From: Felis catus
Taxonomy: Eukaryota
Direction: 5' to 3'
NCBI RefSeq assembly: GCF_018350175.1
Contig: NC_058368.1
Coordinates: forward strand, 124,808,001-124,872,000
Length of the DNA: 64,000 nt
Below are positions 24,262 through 36,950 of this stretch, in pieces. Under the pieces are notes generated by a model. That model did no database searches. It saw only the letters and a list, made by a program, of their open reading frames with translations, and was not told the DNA's origin. The position numbers were made by a program, and so were the translations under genes. The stretch's first letter is position 1. The number at the start of each line of letters is the position of its first letter.

Positions 24262-25414
24262 CAGGACCCACGAATTAAGACTAAATGGCAAATAGGATTG
24301 GACTGTGAGGATCTGCAGAAGCAATTAAGTAGGCTCAGGCTCCACCAAGTTACAAGATTACTTTGAATCTACCGCCCAAAAGAAGCATCTTGATTCCTGA
24401 GCCTGCTACCTTGTGCTCTGACTCAGAAGTCTATTACCACCTATAACTACCTGATCCTCTGGTTTCGCTATGCTTTTCTTTGTGAACACAATCATCTCTT
24501 TCTGTGTCCCGGGCAGTTAATATACATTTTATATTTAGAAAACAATATCCCTTCACCCCTCACCTCCTTTCCACATTTCCCACTACTTTTACCAAACCTC
24601 AAATTTCTGCCTTTCCTATAAAGAAGGGAGACACCATAAAGACTGCCTCTCTTATAGCCATGGGACCCAGGGTTCTGCTCAATGGAAAAATGCTCTCCTC
24701 TGAACTAGAAATAACAAAACCACCTTATTTAATGGAGAACAAAAAGTTCATGCCAAGGAGAACATGTTTTACTGAAAAGATGGGTGTTCTAAAAAAAATG
24801 TAAGTGATCACACAAATACTGTTATGGGAAGATATAAGCTTTTTTGGTGAAAATAAAAATACTTTGCTAATTATAATAATAGTGACATTTAGGTGGATTT
24901 TCCTCCTGGATGGTACGCTATTCCAAAGAATTTGCAGAGAATTTGATGGGAAGACCTTCCCAAAAGAAACTTTATACTGTGGAATGTTCACTGGCCTCTT
25001 GCACATGCCTTTTCCAGCAATAGGTGAGCTTATTCTAAGATACAAGACTAAAGGGGTTTAAAGGAGATAGAATGCTTTTGTTCTACAAGAAATAAAGTAC
25101 TATCACAGAATGGATATTAAAAAAAGGGGGGGGCAATGAATAAATGAAAAGTGTTTTCCTTCAAAAGAAAATAGAAAACAAAGTATAGAAGAAAGAAACA
25201 GAAGGAAGGAGGTTGAAGAAAAGAGTAACAAAGAAGTCTCTACTTCCATTCACTGGAGAACAGCATTGTAAGAGGAAAGGATGAAAGAGGATTGATTTCA
25301 AGAAAGAGCATGATATAATAATGGGAGACCTAAAAAGGGAGAGTCTCTTCATTTCTCTACTTCTAATGGGTTGGAAGAGGCTCCCTGAGCAGATTCCTCA
25401 TGCTCTGAAGGAGA

Positions 25415-25446
25415 GGCTCTGAGAAGCAGCGGCCCTGAGAAGCAGC
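25415..25446. repeat. 16-bp tandem duplication ggc(t/c)ctgagaagcagc x2
   Basis: Directly visible, one mismatch. Confidence 0.85.
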
Positions 25447-26138
25447 TTTGCCAAGGATATATGGTTCTTTGAGTTTTGCTTTTCAATTGCTAGATAACAA
25501 CCACAATAATGAAAGAATTTACCAAACTTAATCATGTTAATCCCCCATCCACCCAACACAGAATGGAATGAATGTCTTTTTTCCAAAAGAGATAGGCATC
25601 CTCCAAATCTTCCCAGTGCTCAGATCCTGTCTACATTGGATCACATCCAAGTCTCCAGATTTAAAAAAAAAAAAAAGTTGAATAAATAACCCACTGAGTG
25701 GGAAAGAGGATTGTTGTTGAAATAAAACACCCATCTCACCAGGTCATTTGCCACATCCCTCTCCATCCAGAAGAGATCTGAATTAAGGCTATCTCTTAAT
25801 AGAGAGGTAGGTGCATAGCTGAGTCATTCCATAATGGCGGTAGGAGGACAGCATAAAAAGTAGGCTATAATGATGAGACATGTAATGCATCACCATCCTT
25901 TCCCCATGCCCCATTCCTCCAAGAGAAAATGTGCTTTGTAAGGACCTAAAAATGTGAATAACATTTGGAGTTGACACAGATTTTTAATCTAGAAACAAAA
26001 ACACCACTGCTGTAATTAAAATTGTTTTTTAACACAGAGGAAACATGGTCCTGTGCTGCCAACTTACAGCCCTAAGTGCTACAGGTAACCATAAGGAGTT
26101 AACATTTATTGAGTGTTCACTACACAGGCTGAGCGTTA

Positions 26139-26205
26139 ATCTCTTTCGAAAATCGTATTTGCAACAAATTTTTGCTGATATCTCTTTCGAAAATCGTATT
26201 TGCAA
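26139..26205. repeat. Tandem duplication, period 41 bp, with an exact 26-bp core
   Basis: atctctttcgaaaatcgtatttgcaa at 26139-26164 and 26180-26205. Confidence 0.92.
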
Positions 26206-28697
26206 AAAAAATTTGTTACTTTCACACCTAGAGCACAGAATCTATGGTTATAATTATTTCACCAAAATAATTATAGCCACTTTATCAGTTACTTTGTAAG
26301 CCCCGATTTTTTTTTTTAATCTTGGCTCAGAAACAAGCCAAAATAACAAACACAGTACCCTAAACCCAACCTTGAAGTTGTCCTTGTCTCAATCTCATGC
26401 TCTTTTTTGCAAACTCTGCCTTTACATAAAAGGCCAACTTCAGCGGGTGTGGCTGGCATGCCCACACAGGAGATGTGCACATTTCTCTTCGGGGATCAGC
26501 ATTTGGGGCAACCTCAGAGCAGTGTCACTACTTGGCTATCATCCAAATCTCAGGATGAAAGCTGAGGTGCTGAATAAGCTGAATAAGAGAACATCTCAGA
26601 ACAACAAAAAAGGGAACATGACCACAGGTTAGTGGGAAACAACTGTCAATTCTGCAGGCCAGTTCAGGCTGCAGGGAGGCAAGAGCATCATAGCGTGACA
26701 GCATGGATCATGACGGAATCACACCAGGGTTTTCCAACATGCCCACTGGTGTACTGGGAAACCTGGAAAGCCTATGGCAGCACCACACAACACCAGCTGC
26801 CCAAAAAGTGGCCCACAAAGCAACCTGTACAGTCAGCAACTCTGAAACAAATACTGTTTACAAATGCAATACCAGTCGGACCACTTCACCAAGAACAAAT
26901 GTGATCTTTCCTGCAATTAGTTTAGAAATTTGCCTCAAGATTAGAAGAAATCAGCTCTGGAGAGTCATAGAAAGAGAATTGCTTAAGCGTTGGAGAGAAA
27001 GTTGTACATGTACTTGACCCAGTTACAATCTTCCTTTTTCTTTTCCCCTACCCACTGTTCAGGAGGCGCTTTCCTTAATTCTAAGTATTTTTCTCCATTG
27101 CAATGTATTTTTTCCCTTAGAGTTAGATTATATTCATTTTAATTTTGTTTTCTCCTCTAATGTTTTCTTAAAAAAAATTCTATGAAAGTAAGTTAAAAGT
27201 TGTCTACTATAGGATATACAGAAAAATACAAAGATACAAAAAAAAATCACATCTAATCCTATCACCTGGATGATCATAAGCTTTTTCTTTATTAATTCCA
27301 AATCTCTTAATTTTTCTTCGTGTTTGTATATGTATGTATATACATATATATGTTTGTACATATATTCAGTTAATTTACAAAACTGGGATCATTCCAAAAT
27401 ACAGTTTGTATTTTTTTCAAATTATAATGGGCAGCCTATTCTCAAGCCATTAAATACTCTCTGAAAACACATTTTTTTTAATGACTACATAATTATTATT
27501 CTTTTTCAGGCTTTGACATTCTGAATGCAGTACATTAAGTGGAATAATATATAGATTTCCCCCTTTTTAATGTAACTTTGAACCATTTGTATTTGATTGC
27601 ACTCACTTTTAATGCACTTCTCCATTGTTTTTCAAGATCAGACACTTTAAGTGCAGCCAATTAAGTTGAAAACACTTAACAACATCAGGAAAGATTTATT
27701 GACAGTATAATACTAAAGATACCTAAGCCATCAGTATTTCTCACAACAGCTCTGTATTTTACAGTCAAATAAAGTTTATCTCCTATGAACTGTTTGTTTC
27801 TTCTGATTTTAAGTGTCACAATGGCTGGCTTAGTTGTGTTGTGACTTGTGATAGCACTGTATCCCCAGCTATCGGCTATTCATTTGCAAGTATCTGAACC
27901 CTTTTATCCCATTAGGTGGCATTTTATTAGCATCACACCATCCAGTTGTTCAGAAAAATTTGGATAACTGACTGTATTATCAGTAGGACTTAACTTTGTT
28001 TTAATAGCTATTCTTCCCAACATCTGGTTTCAAACTGGTTGTCTGGAGCTCTCAGAAAATATTCTCCCAAAAAGACAAGCTCTAAGTGGTAAATAGCTGA
28101 CAAGGACCTGAGGCACAGTAGGCCCTGCCAGGAGCACCAGGTAACACTATCACAGTGATACTGGGGGAGGATGAATTCAGGCTACAGTTGTGGGATCAGT
28201 GCCTTTTGTTCTCACCTTTCACCTCTGCTACCCAGACACAGGAGTAAAGATTCCAAAGGGCAACTTTGGGGCACTCAAAGAAGCAGAGTGGTGACAGGAA
28301 GGCTCAAGGGCTCCAGGGGAAGAGGGCTCCACTCTTTCTCAGTGTGTGTCAGGTTTCAGACACTCTGCACTGTGCACCTGCTTCAACTTTCTACCATCAC
28401 CATCTTTTGACACCCTCAAGTTTTGCCCACTTCCCAAGTTCCCTCAAGCCTTCCTTTTCCTATAGCAAGTTCAAAATCCTTTTTGAGGTTTTCTAAGAGT
28501 ATGTGTTGCTAGAGCTACTAAGAAAGTTAAAAGCTCTCTCCTAAATTTACCCCATAATTTTTATATTCTATAGTGAAAGTCTATATAGGGAATAGGGTGG
28601 CATCAGAGTACACAGAAGCCTAATAGAAAAACAGACATCTACATTTCAGAGTAACATTCCATGCTAATGACTCCCTTGATCACTGCCCCTGCCTCTT

Positions 28698-28737
28698 CCC
28701 ACCCCCACCCCCACCCCCACCCCCACCCCCACCCCCA
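28698..28737 (-). repeat. (TGGGGG)n hexamer repeat, G-quadruplex-capable
   Basis: About six and a half cccccA units on the + strand. Confidence 0.9.
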
Positions 28738-29574
28738 CCACCAGAGTGAGGAGGGAGATTTAGAGGATTAGGTAGAGGTAAGGATTCCTATATGTGAATA
28801 GCAAAGGGAGAACACCTACAAAAGAATCAGCTTCCAGTCTTCTTTTCCTCCTTTTTGCTATTTTCATTTCCACCACTTGTGTGGGAATAGGGTGTATTAA
28901 ACAAGGAATGAGCATTTCTTAAATTCTTACCAGGGTTCAGGCACTGGACAATTTTACAAATGAGAAAACTGAGACTCAGGGAAGTTACTTGAGAAATAAG
29001 AACAAAGGGAAGCAGGAAGAGGGTGCAGTTTTTAGCAGAAGCAAAGCCAACGAAAGATAGGGAAGGCCAATGGAAGTCCCAAAGAGTGTCAACGGGGAGG
29101 GAAAAATAGCCCTCTGTACCCTGAGTGCCATTTCCTGATCCCTGACTGGAATGAGGCTGCCACTCTGAAGACTATTCCTACATATGGATGTAAGGCATGC
29201 ATCTGTATTCTAATTTTCATTTAGATGTTCTGGCATCATGTACACACCACCATGGCATGTTTCAGTTTCTACCAAAACAAAAGAGACTCAGAAGAAATTA
29301 TTTACAGTTTAATGTTTCCAACCAGAGAGCCACGCCTCCCTTTCCAGCCTGCACTGTCAAGCTCTGAATTTGGTTCCAAGACCCTATTCTAGTCTAACAG
29401 TCTTCAATGCTGAAAATAAATTGCAATTTAAGCATGAATTCTATCATTTTCAAATAGGATGGTGCTTGGCTTACTTTCAACTGTTCTTACATGAACAGGA
29501 TTTTATTTCCTTTTTGCAGATCATTCAATTCTAAATTTCTCCTTTCTTTTCTCTTTAGTCGGTTATATCAGTTT

Positions 29575-29610
29575 TTTCAATGTTTTAACCTATTTCAATG
29601 TTTTAACCTA
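29575..29610. repeat. 18-bp perfect tandem duplication tttcaatgttttaaccta x2
   Basis: Directly visible. Confidence 0.92.
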
Positions 29611-29907
29611 AAGCTTTCCAATAAATCAAAGTTAGAGACACTTTCTATATGATCTGTGAAAAAGCAATCTTTCCCACAGTAATTTAGAAGTTAATCTTTT
29701 CATTTTACTAAATCTCTTAGCATTTGTTGTTATTCTCAGGGATGAATAATATTAGCAACAAAGACAGCAACCACAAAACCATTCCTAAGTAAAGGAGATG
29801 GATTAGAAAGTTCAGGCAAGAATTGATAATATCCTCTCATACTTAGCAAATTTCATGTGACTGCTCAGTTCAGAATGTGGCATTACAAACGTTGTGGAAA
29901 CAAAAAT

Positions 29908-30147
29908 ATAAGCATTCCTGGGAGACTCTTGTTTAAAAAAAATTCTTCTTAATGTTTATTTATTTTTGCAGGAGAGAGAGACAGAACATGAGTGGGGAAG
30001 GGGCAGAGCGAGGGAGACACAGAATACATAAGCATTCCTGGGAGAATCTTGTTTAAAAAAAAAATTCTTCTTAATGTTTATTTATTTTTGCAGGAGAGAG
30101 AGACAGAGCATGAGCGGGGGAGGGGCACAGAGAGGGAGACACAGAAT
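29908..30147. repeat. ~120-bp tandem duplication spanning a SINE tail and its flank
   Basis: ataagcattcctgggaga...gggagacacagaat occurs at 29908-30025 and 30028-30147. Confidence 0.93.
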
Positions 30148-30273
30148 CTGAAACTGGCTCAAGACTCTGAGCTGTCAGCACAAAGCTGTACCTGGGGCTT
30201 GAACTCACAAACTGTGAGATCATGTCCTGAGCCAAAGTCAGATGCTTAACCAACTGAGCCACCCAGGGACTCC
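30062..30273 (-). mobile_element. CanSINE
   Basis: Reverse SINE ending ...gagccacccagggactcc. Degenerate TSD ggagaatcttgtttaaaa / ggagaatcctattttaaaa. Confidence 0.92.
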
Positions 30274-30719
30274 AGGAGAATCCTATTTTAAAAGCACAAG
30301 AAAACATGTGACAACCAAGCAGGAAAGGTCTAGAGCCTTCAGCAGTGAAATAGGAGGAGGGTGAATTACCAGCAGCAAAGCCAACAACAAGGGATACCTC
30401 AGAAGAGTCCTTGGACTAATATAAAGCAAAAATTTTTTGGGCTTCTTCTTGTGCCTAACAGTCCGCTCGGTGTGGAATATAAGCAAGTACTTCATTAGCA
30501 CCACCATCAGTTAGAGGTTCTTGGCAATCTAAGCGCAGGGGACAACTTTACTGCTGAAGAGAAGCGGGATCTAGGTCCCTGGTAATAGCCATGCCAAATC
30601 TCAGAAGCAAAACAAGATTTTCTTCATTGTTCTGATGAGACACAAGATGTTTCTGAGGTTAGAGTTCAACTCTTACAGGCACTTCCCTTTTGCCTTCAGA
30701 ACTAGTTTATATTTACCTG

Positions 30720-31066
30720 TCAAATACCCTATGATTTCATTTATATGTGGAATTAAAAAAAAAATGAACAAGCAAACAGAAAGAGACATAAATATAGAGA
30801 ACAAACCAGAGCACAGGGAGTGGGGGAATGGCAAAATAGGTGAAGGAGATTAAGAGGTACAAAATTCTAGTTATAAAATAAGTAAGTAGTGATGAAATGT
30901 ACAGCATAGGAATATAGCAATAATATTGTAATAACTTTGTATGGTGCCAGACGGTAACTATACTTAATGAAGTGAGCATTTCATAATGTGCATAATTGTT
31001 TAATCACTATGTTGTACACCCGAAACTAACAGAACACTGTATGTTAACTATACTTCAATAAAAAAA
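30720..31066 (+). mobile_element. Older L1 3'UTR fragment (L1MA/carnivore-ancestral type)
   Basis: ttatatgtggaat...gtacagcatagg...tgttgtacacccgaaactaac...tatacttcaataaaaaaa. Confidence 0.85.
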
Positions 31067-31387
31067 TACATAAATAATTAGGTGAACAGGAAATCTTACA
31101 GTATTTATAGCATACTAGTAATAGCCTAATATGGACCATTGCTTTAGTTTCACTATTTAATCACTAATAATTATATCTTAAAATAATAAATCCAACCTTA
31201 CATCATGTATGTTATTTACAAAGCACAATTTCAATTTCAGTAACTATAGTTTTCCCTTCTAAAGTTTTATGTGATATTTTTCAAAAGAACCTGCTCTCTA
31301 TTAGCGTTCATTCTATTTTAATGATTTTCCCCTTATTTTATTTTTCATTATTTTATTTCTTTCTTACGCCATAGATTTTTTGATAAC

Positions 31388-31640
31388 TTTTTTTATTGAA
31401 ATATATTGAAACACAATGTTACATTAGTTGCAGATGTATGAAATAGTGATTTGACAAGTCTATGCATATGCTATGTTCACCACAGTAAGTGTAGCTACCA
31501 TCTGTTACCATACAATGGTATTACAATACCATTGACTATATTACCTATGCTGTACATTTATCCCCATGACTTATTCATTCCATAACTGGAAGTCTGTATG
31601 TTCCACCGCCCTTCACCCATGTTACGCAGCCCCCACTTCC
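31388..31640 (-). mobile_element. Older L1 3'UTR fragment
   Basis: ttttattgaa...acattagtt...ttgactatattacctatgctgtac...cccttcacccat. Confidence 0.8.
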
Positions 31641-31659
31641 CATTTCTTTCATTCTTTTA

Positions 31660-31685
31660 CATTTTTTTAATGTTTATTTATTTCT

Positions 31686-31725
<40 letters not shown>

Positions 31726-31867
31726 AAACAGGGGAAGGGCAGAGAGAGGGAGGGAGACATAGAATCAGAAGCAGGCTCCAAGCACTAAGCTGTCAGCACA
31801 GAGCCCAACCTGGGGCTCAAACTCACGAACTAAAAGATCATGACCTGAGCCAAAGTCACATGCTCAA
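31660..31867 (-). mobile_element. 5'-truncated CanSINE with expanded (GA)n tract
   Basis: TSD tctttca(t/c)tctttta at 31645-31659 and 31868-31882. Confidence 0.9.
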
Positions 31868-32599
31868 TCTTTCACTCTTTTAAACATACTTCTTTTATAG
31901 TATCCTAAATTTCATATTGCTTTAAGTTCCGGGGATATAAATCTTCACACGAGGCGGTGGGGGGGGGGGGAGGGTGTCTGTGTGTCTGTCTAAGTGTGTG
32001 TGAATTTTGTATGCTGTCCGAAGCATTTGAGGCATATATCAAAGTCTAATTCTCTTCTGGGCCATGAAGACATCTGTTCATTAGCTTACCATTCTGGGTT
32101 TGTGTTCCCTCTTTGTTTCTGGGACTTGGAGATTTCACTTTCTTCCTTTTGAGTACAACTTTCTATTTTTAATATTTTATGAGGTTTTTTAAAATTATTC
32201 TTATGTGTTTCTTGCATGTAGGGCTGCTACAATAGACTGTCATGATCCTGGGACCAAAAATCCAAAGAACTTTTATGTAATTTTCTCATTTGCTCATCAT
32301 GACACTGAGGTAAACAGAATTTTTTTTCACAGTTTTACAGATGAGGGAATAAAAAGATACTCAGACCTATTAAGTCACATAGCCAGTGCATGAATCAAAA
32401 TCTACTACAGCTAGACTTATATTCTTTCCACTCTGCTAGAGATTCCTCAACAGGGGTCCTTCAATCCTTTTGGGTCTAGGCATTGTTTTCAGGCTGAAAA
32501 AACAATGCCTAACATATATATTCTACTACACTTCAAATATACCTAGATTTTGTGATTAATAAATATAACTTCATTTAAAAGGAAAACTCCCAGCAAGTC

Positions 32600-33350
32600 C
32601 ATTTCTTGGTACCTACCCCCAAAGAACCGCGGACTACACAGTCCTAAGGTGGCATATATACACAAGGATTTTTTTTGCAACAGTTTTCATAGTAACAAAA
32701 TGTGAGGAAAGATAGAAATGATCAACAGCTGGGGAATGGATAAATAAACAATGGTATTGGGACGCCTGGGTGGCTCAGTCAGTTGAGCGTCCGACTTCAG
32801 CTCAGGTCATGATCTCACAGTTCGTGAGTTCAAGCCCCGCGTCAGGTTCTGTGCTGACAGCTCTGAGACTGGAGCCTGCTTCCAATTCTGTGTCTCCCTC
32901 TCTCTGCCCCTTCCCCACTCATGTTCTGTCTCTCTCTGTCTCTCAAAGATGAATAAACGTTTTAAAAAAATTTAAAAAAAAAACAATGGTAGTACACATG
33001 GGTTAAAAAGAATAAGTGGGGTTCTTTATGAACTGACATGAAATAACTTCCAAGACATAGGGTTGAGTTGCAGCATAATACATACAGTACGGTACAGTGT
33101 GTGTTAGAGAACACATGTACCATACATAAAAAGCAGCACCAAATATAGAGATTTTTATATATTAATAAGATAGCAGAGAAAAGGCATGGATGGATACAAA
33201 CTATAGAGCTAATAGCAGTTTCCTCCAGGGAGAGGCCTGGAATTGGGGCTCAGGTCAAGAAATGAGAAAGAAGGTACAGTTTTGTGGGTTGTATCTAATT
33301 TATTCAATGAAAATATAGACATATGTTAATTATATAACTAAAAATTAATA
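32600..33350 (+). mobile_element. Ancient L1ME-like 3' fragment interrupted by a SINE
   Basis: tccatttcttggt...acaaggat...ggggaatggataaataaacaatggta|...aagaataagtgg...actgacatgaaa. Confidence 0.55.
32759..32980 (+). mobile_element. CanSINE
   Basis: TSD aaacaatggta(t/g)t at 32746-32758 and 32981-32993. Confidence 0.94.
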
Positions 33351-34306
33351 AAGTTATATTTAAATGCATTTAAACAAATACCACGTACCTCAATTCTCAA
33401 TAGCTTTTTTTTTTTTTACATTTTGTAATTTCTCAATCAACAGACACTAAAAGATATATGTTAATGAAAACTGTTGAAGTATGATGGGCCTCACAATCAC
33501 ATAGCTGGGGATATCTGTCCTTAGCCACATGCCTCTTTTAAGTAATAATGGCTATGCTGGTAGCATAGCATTATGCATTATTGTGAATATGGCATTATTG
33601 TGAACCGGTAAATCCTGGATGTGTCAAATCCATGACTGAGGCCAGTAGATGACAATGAGGTGTACATTAAGTGAAAAAGTGTCATATGCACCTGCCATTG
33701 CCACACATGCTAAAGTAAGAAAGGTAATATATCAGAGGCCTTTACTGTGAAAGCCATGTTTACTTGCACATCAAGCGATAAAATGGACCAATTGCAAAGA
33801 TCAAACAACCAAAAAAAAGACATACATTTCTTATGTCTTTGGAGATTCTTGTTACCTGATGTGGGTTAGGCATGCTGGGTATTTCTCTTACTACTGAAAA
33901 CACAGCACCTATCTTGTTTTTCCCTTAGCTTCTTGAAGTTTTTGTTTAAAAAAGGGGTGGGTAGCCCAAACCTATTGAAATCTGGCTCTCCTTCTGGGAA
34001 AAATTCTTACAAATACAGATTGAAAACCTTTAGTTTCAAATATTTTGTAGCTACTAAAGATTCGGTGATACTCCAGGAGGGCTCATGGTAAAGAGGCCCA
34101 AGAAAGCACAACAGAAGAAATGCACAGCCTTAAACAATCAGACATTGCTGTGAAACAGCAATACATGAGCCTATGTATACTCACTGCTGACAAACGGGTT
34201 CAGCCTCCCTCATTCCAATAAAGTTTTTCAGACCACTATCAATGCACCTATGTCACGAGTATAAAAGGAATCCTGGCCAACACATACTTTTAAAATGGGA
34301 AATGCC

Positions 34307-34500
34307 AGAGTGTCTGGGTGGTTCAGTTGGTTAAGCCTCATCTCAGATCATGATCTCATGATTCATGAGTTCGAGACCTACATGGAGCTCCTTGCTAACA
34401 GTGTGGAGCCTGCTTGGGATTCTCTCATGCTTTCTCTCTCCCTCCCACACGTGCTCTCTCGCTCTCTCTCTCAAAAATAAATAAACTTAAAAAAATAAAA
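34307..34500 (+). mobile_element. CanSINE (diverged)
   Basis: TSD taaaatgggaaatg at 34291-34304 and 34501-34514. Confidence 0.9.
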
Positions 34501-35889
34501 TAAAATGGGAAATGTCTTTAAAATGGAAAGGTCAAATTCTCCCATAAATACAAATCCATTTATAGATCTGCAATTAGAAGGAAGTTATGCAACACTAAGC
34601 TAAAGCACTAGGGTAAAATTTGACTCTTGGAATGATCTGCCAGCTCTTCTCCAGAGTATCAAGAGGACTCAGAAGCATACAAGAGTCTGGCCTATCTGAC
34701 AAAGCCTCACAGAGAACCACTCTTCACTTTGAATCAAACCCGCTAAAAAACAAAACAAAACAGATCTATCATGTCAATGGGCAAGTCAAAACATTCGTGG
34801 ATATCAATGTCTTTCAGTGAGGTTTAGATCCATGTTTCTAAGCAAATCCCCAACGCACAGGATTTAGAGAAAGCAGTTCTTATCAAAAGAAAGAAACGCA
34901 TTCAGAAATCATGGGAGCAATTCTCTAAATGCTTGTTTTAGAAGATTATTTCCCACCACTTAAAAAAAGAAAAAACATATTTCCTGGTCCATGAAACATT
35001 TGCATACAGATTTAAGTACTTTATTCAATTTGCAAATGTAGTCAAAGTCATTTCTCAGACCTGTGTCTATGAACACAGACTTCAGAACCTTGCAGGACCA
35101 TGGATATGCAAAATCCCTGTTTTTTAAGTAAGATGCATTAACTGTAGAAATGCCAACAAGGCAAAGCTCTTAGCTGTTTTTTACAGTTCTGCCATATTAA
35201 GCACCACTGTACTCAAACTTTAATGAGTTTTAATACTATCCCTTCAAGCAAGGGCAAGTCTTATATCCACAGAAATATCCTTATGAATCTGAACAGAAGT
35301 CTCTCATTTACTTTCGCCCGCCCACTAGAGAGCATCTTGGTTCAAAGGTGACAGTGAAAAGTTGTATTGCATAGGGATTTCAACCTTGAGTTCTCATCCC
35401 TTCAACATGGCTTAGCTGTTCTCAGTTGTGCATAAGATCTCCACCTGATGTCAAATGGGTTGGCAGTTTTGGCAGATATAGCTAAGTATAAACAGGGAGT
35501 AAAAATTAGGTCCAAGATTCCATCAAAAGCATGTGTCATTATACAAGTCAGACTGCTCATCACAGGAGTGTTATTCCTGCAGAGGTCCTTACAGATCGAC
35601 CTAATTTTTTCCATTTGACAAAGAAGGAAACAAATTATAATAACTATAGCTATCATCAGTGGAGCATTTTGCTTTAGTGCATTCTCTCATTGAATTTTCA
35701 ATGCTACCTTGTAAGAATATCATTATCTGAGACTAGCAGATACTATCATTACCCCTTTGTAGATGAGGAAACTATGGCTGGGAAAAACTAAGGGCTTCCT
35801 TTGGATTTCCACTCAAGTGTCATCTTATCAGGGAAGCGCTCCTTTTGTAAAACAGCAATCTTTCTGTGGCACTCCCTCTCCCTCTCAGA

Positions 35890-36065
35890 TTTATTTTTCT
35901 CCCTGTCACTTATTTCCAACCAATACATTTACATTTTCAATTGTCTATATGCCCTTCTAGAATTTAAGCCTCACTGGGAGTAGGCTTTGCTTTGTTCACT
36001 GCTATATCCATAGCACAGAGAGTACCTGGAACATAGTTGGTAGTCAATAAATATGGGGTGAGTAA
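35890..36065 (+). mobile_element. L2 3' end
   Basis: ttgttcactgctatatccatagcacagagagtacctggaacatagttggtagtcaataaatat. Confidence 0.75.
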
Positions 36066-36874
36066 AAAGTTATTAAAGAAAACTGCCCAAGGCCACAGAA
36101 CTAGTAACCAGTAGAGCCAGAATTTGGGACCAAAACTGTAACTCTGAAGCACACACTTTTAACCATTTTGCTCTTACTCTAAGCAATCAGCTTACTTCAC
36201 AGTAAGATATTTTGCAGGAGTTCCAGGCCATCTTTAATTTTCTCTGGTTACCTCCCTCATCCCACTGTGGCTATGCTATTAGGATATTTATTTGAAGGAA
36301 AGAGGATACATGGGCTGAGGGTCCTGGAGGACAGTTTTTGCCCAGCTAACTGGTTACTGAATCTTTCTACATCTCATTTCTTCATCAACAAGGAGTATTC
36401 TTTCTGCTTGAGCTCTAACTCTATTATTCTAAATTCTTAGAATAAAATACTTACAATGTGCTAAAGAATCCCCAGTGACTCCAAATGATGGCAGAAGCCT
36501 CCTAATCAAAATTAATTTTATTGAATTAAAATTTTAAAATAACTGTGTGTATTATATCCACATTCTGCCTGCCCAAACCCCTCTGTGCCAAAAAATAAAC
36601 AAATTTTTTTTAAAAATCTTGATAGAAAAGTCTACAAGAAAACGTAAAAAATATTAACAGCAGTTAATATACCTTATTTTAAAAATAAATCTAAAAACAA
36701 AATAAAGGTATATCCAGTATAACTTGTAAGACAAGTAGCTTTATCAAGGATGTAACAATTCATTTATTCCATAATTTATTAAGTACCATTATGGGATAGG
36801 CAATATGTTATTCCTCCAATAAATGACTATCAGGCTTTATTTTATAAAGTTTAGTAACAGCAAGATTCCAGGAT

Positions 36875-36950
36875 AAAAGATTTTGTTAGATTTTTTTTTT
36901 CACTTTACAAAAAGATTTTGTTAGATTTTTTTTTTCACTCTGTTAGATTT
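36875..36950. repeat. 30-bp near-tandem duplication plus a partial third copy
   Basis: aaaagattttgttagattttttttttcact at 36875-36904 and 36910-36939; tgttagattt at 36941-36950. Confidence 0.9.

Noticed and set aside
26139..26205. Repeat-spacer-repeat resembling a CRISPR unit
   Set aside because: Only two copies, mammalian context, no cas genes; a simple tandem duplication.
26870..26912. Possible minus-strand exon after ...ctaattgcag
   Set aside because: Weak polypyrimidine tract, no strong donor, and no recognisable peptide.
30440..30590. Plus-strand acceptor-like ttcttcttgtgcctaacag with downstream gtaata
   Set aside because: All three frames hit stops within ~55 nt. A non-coding exon cannot be supported without RNA data.
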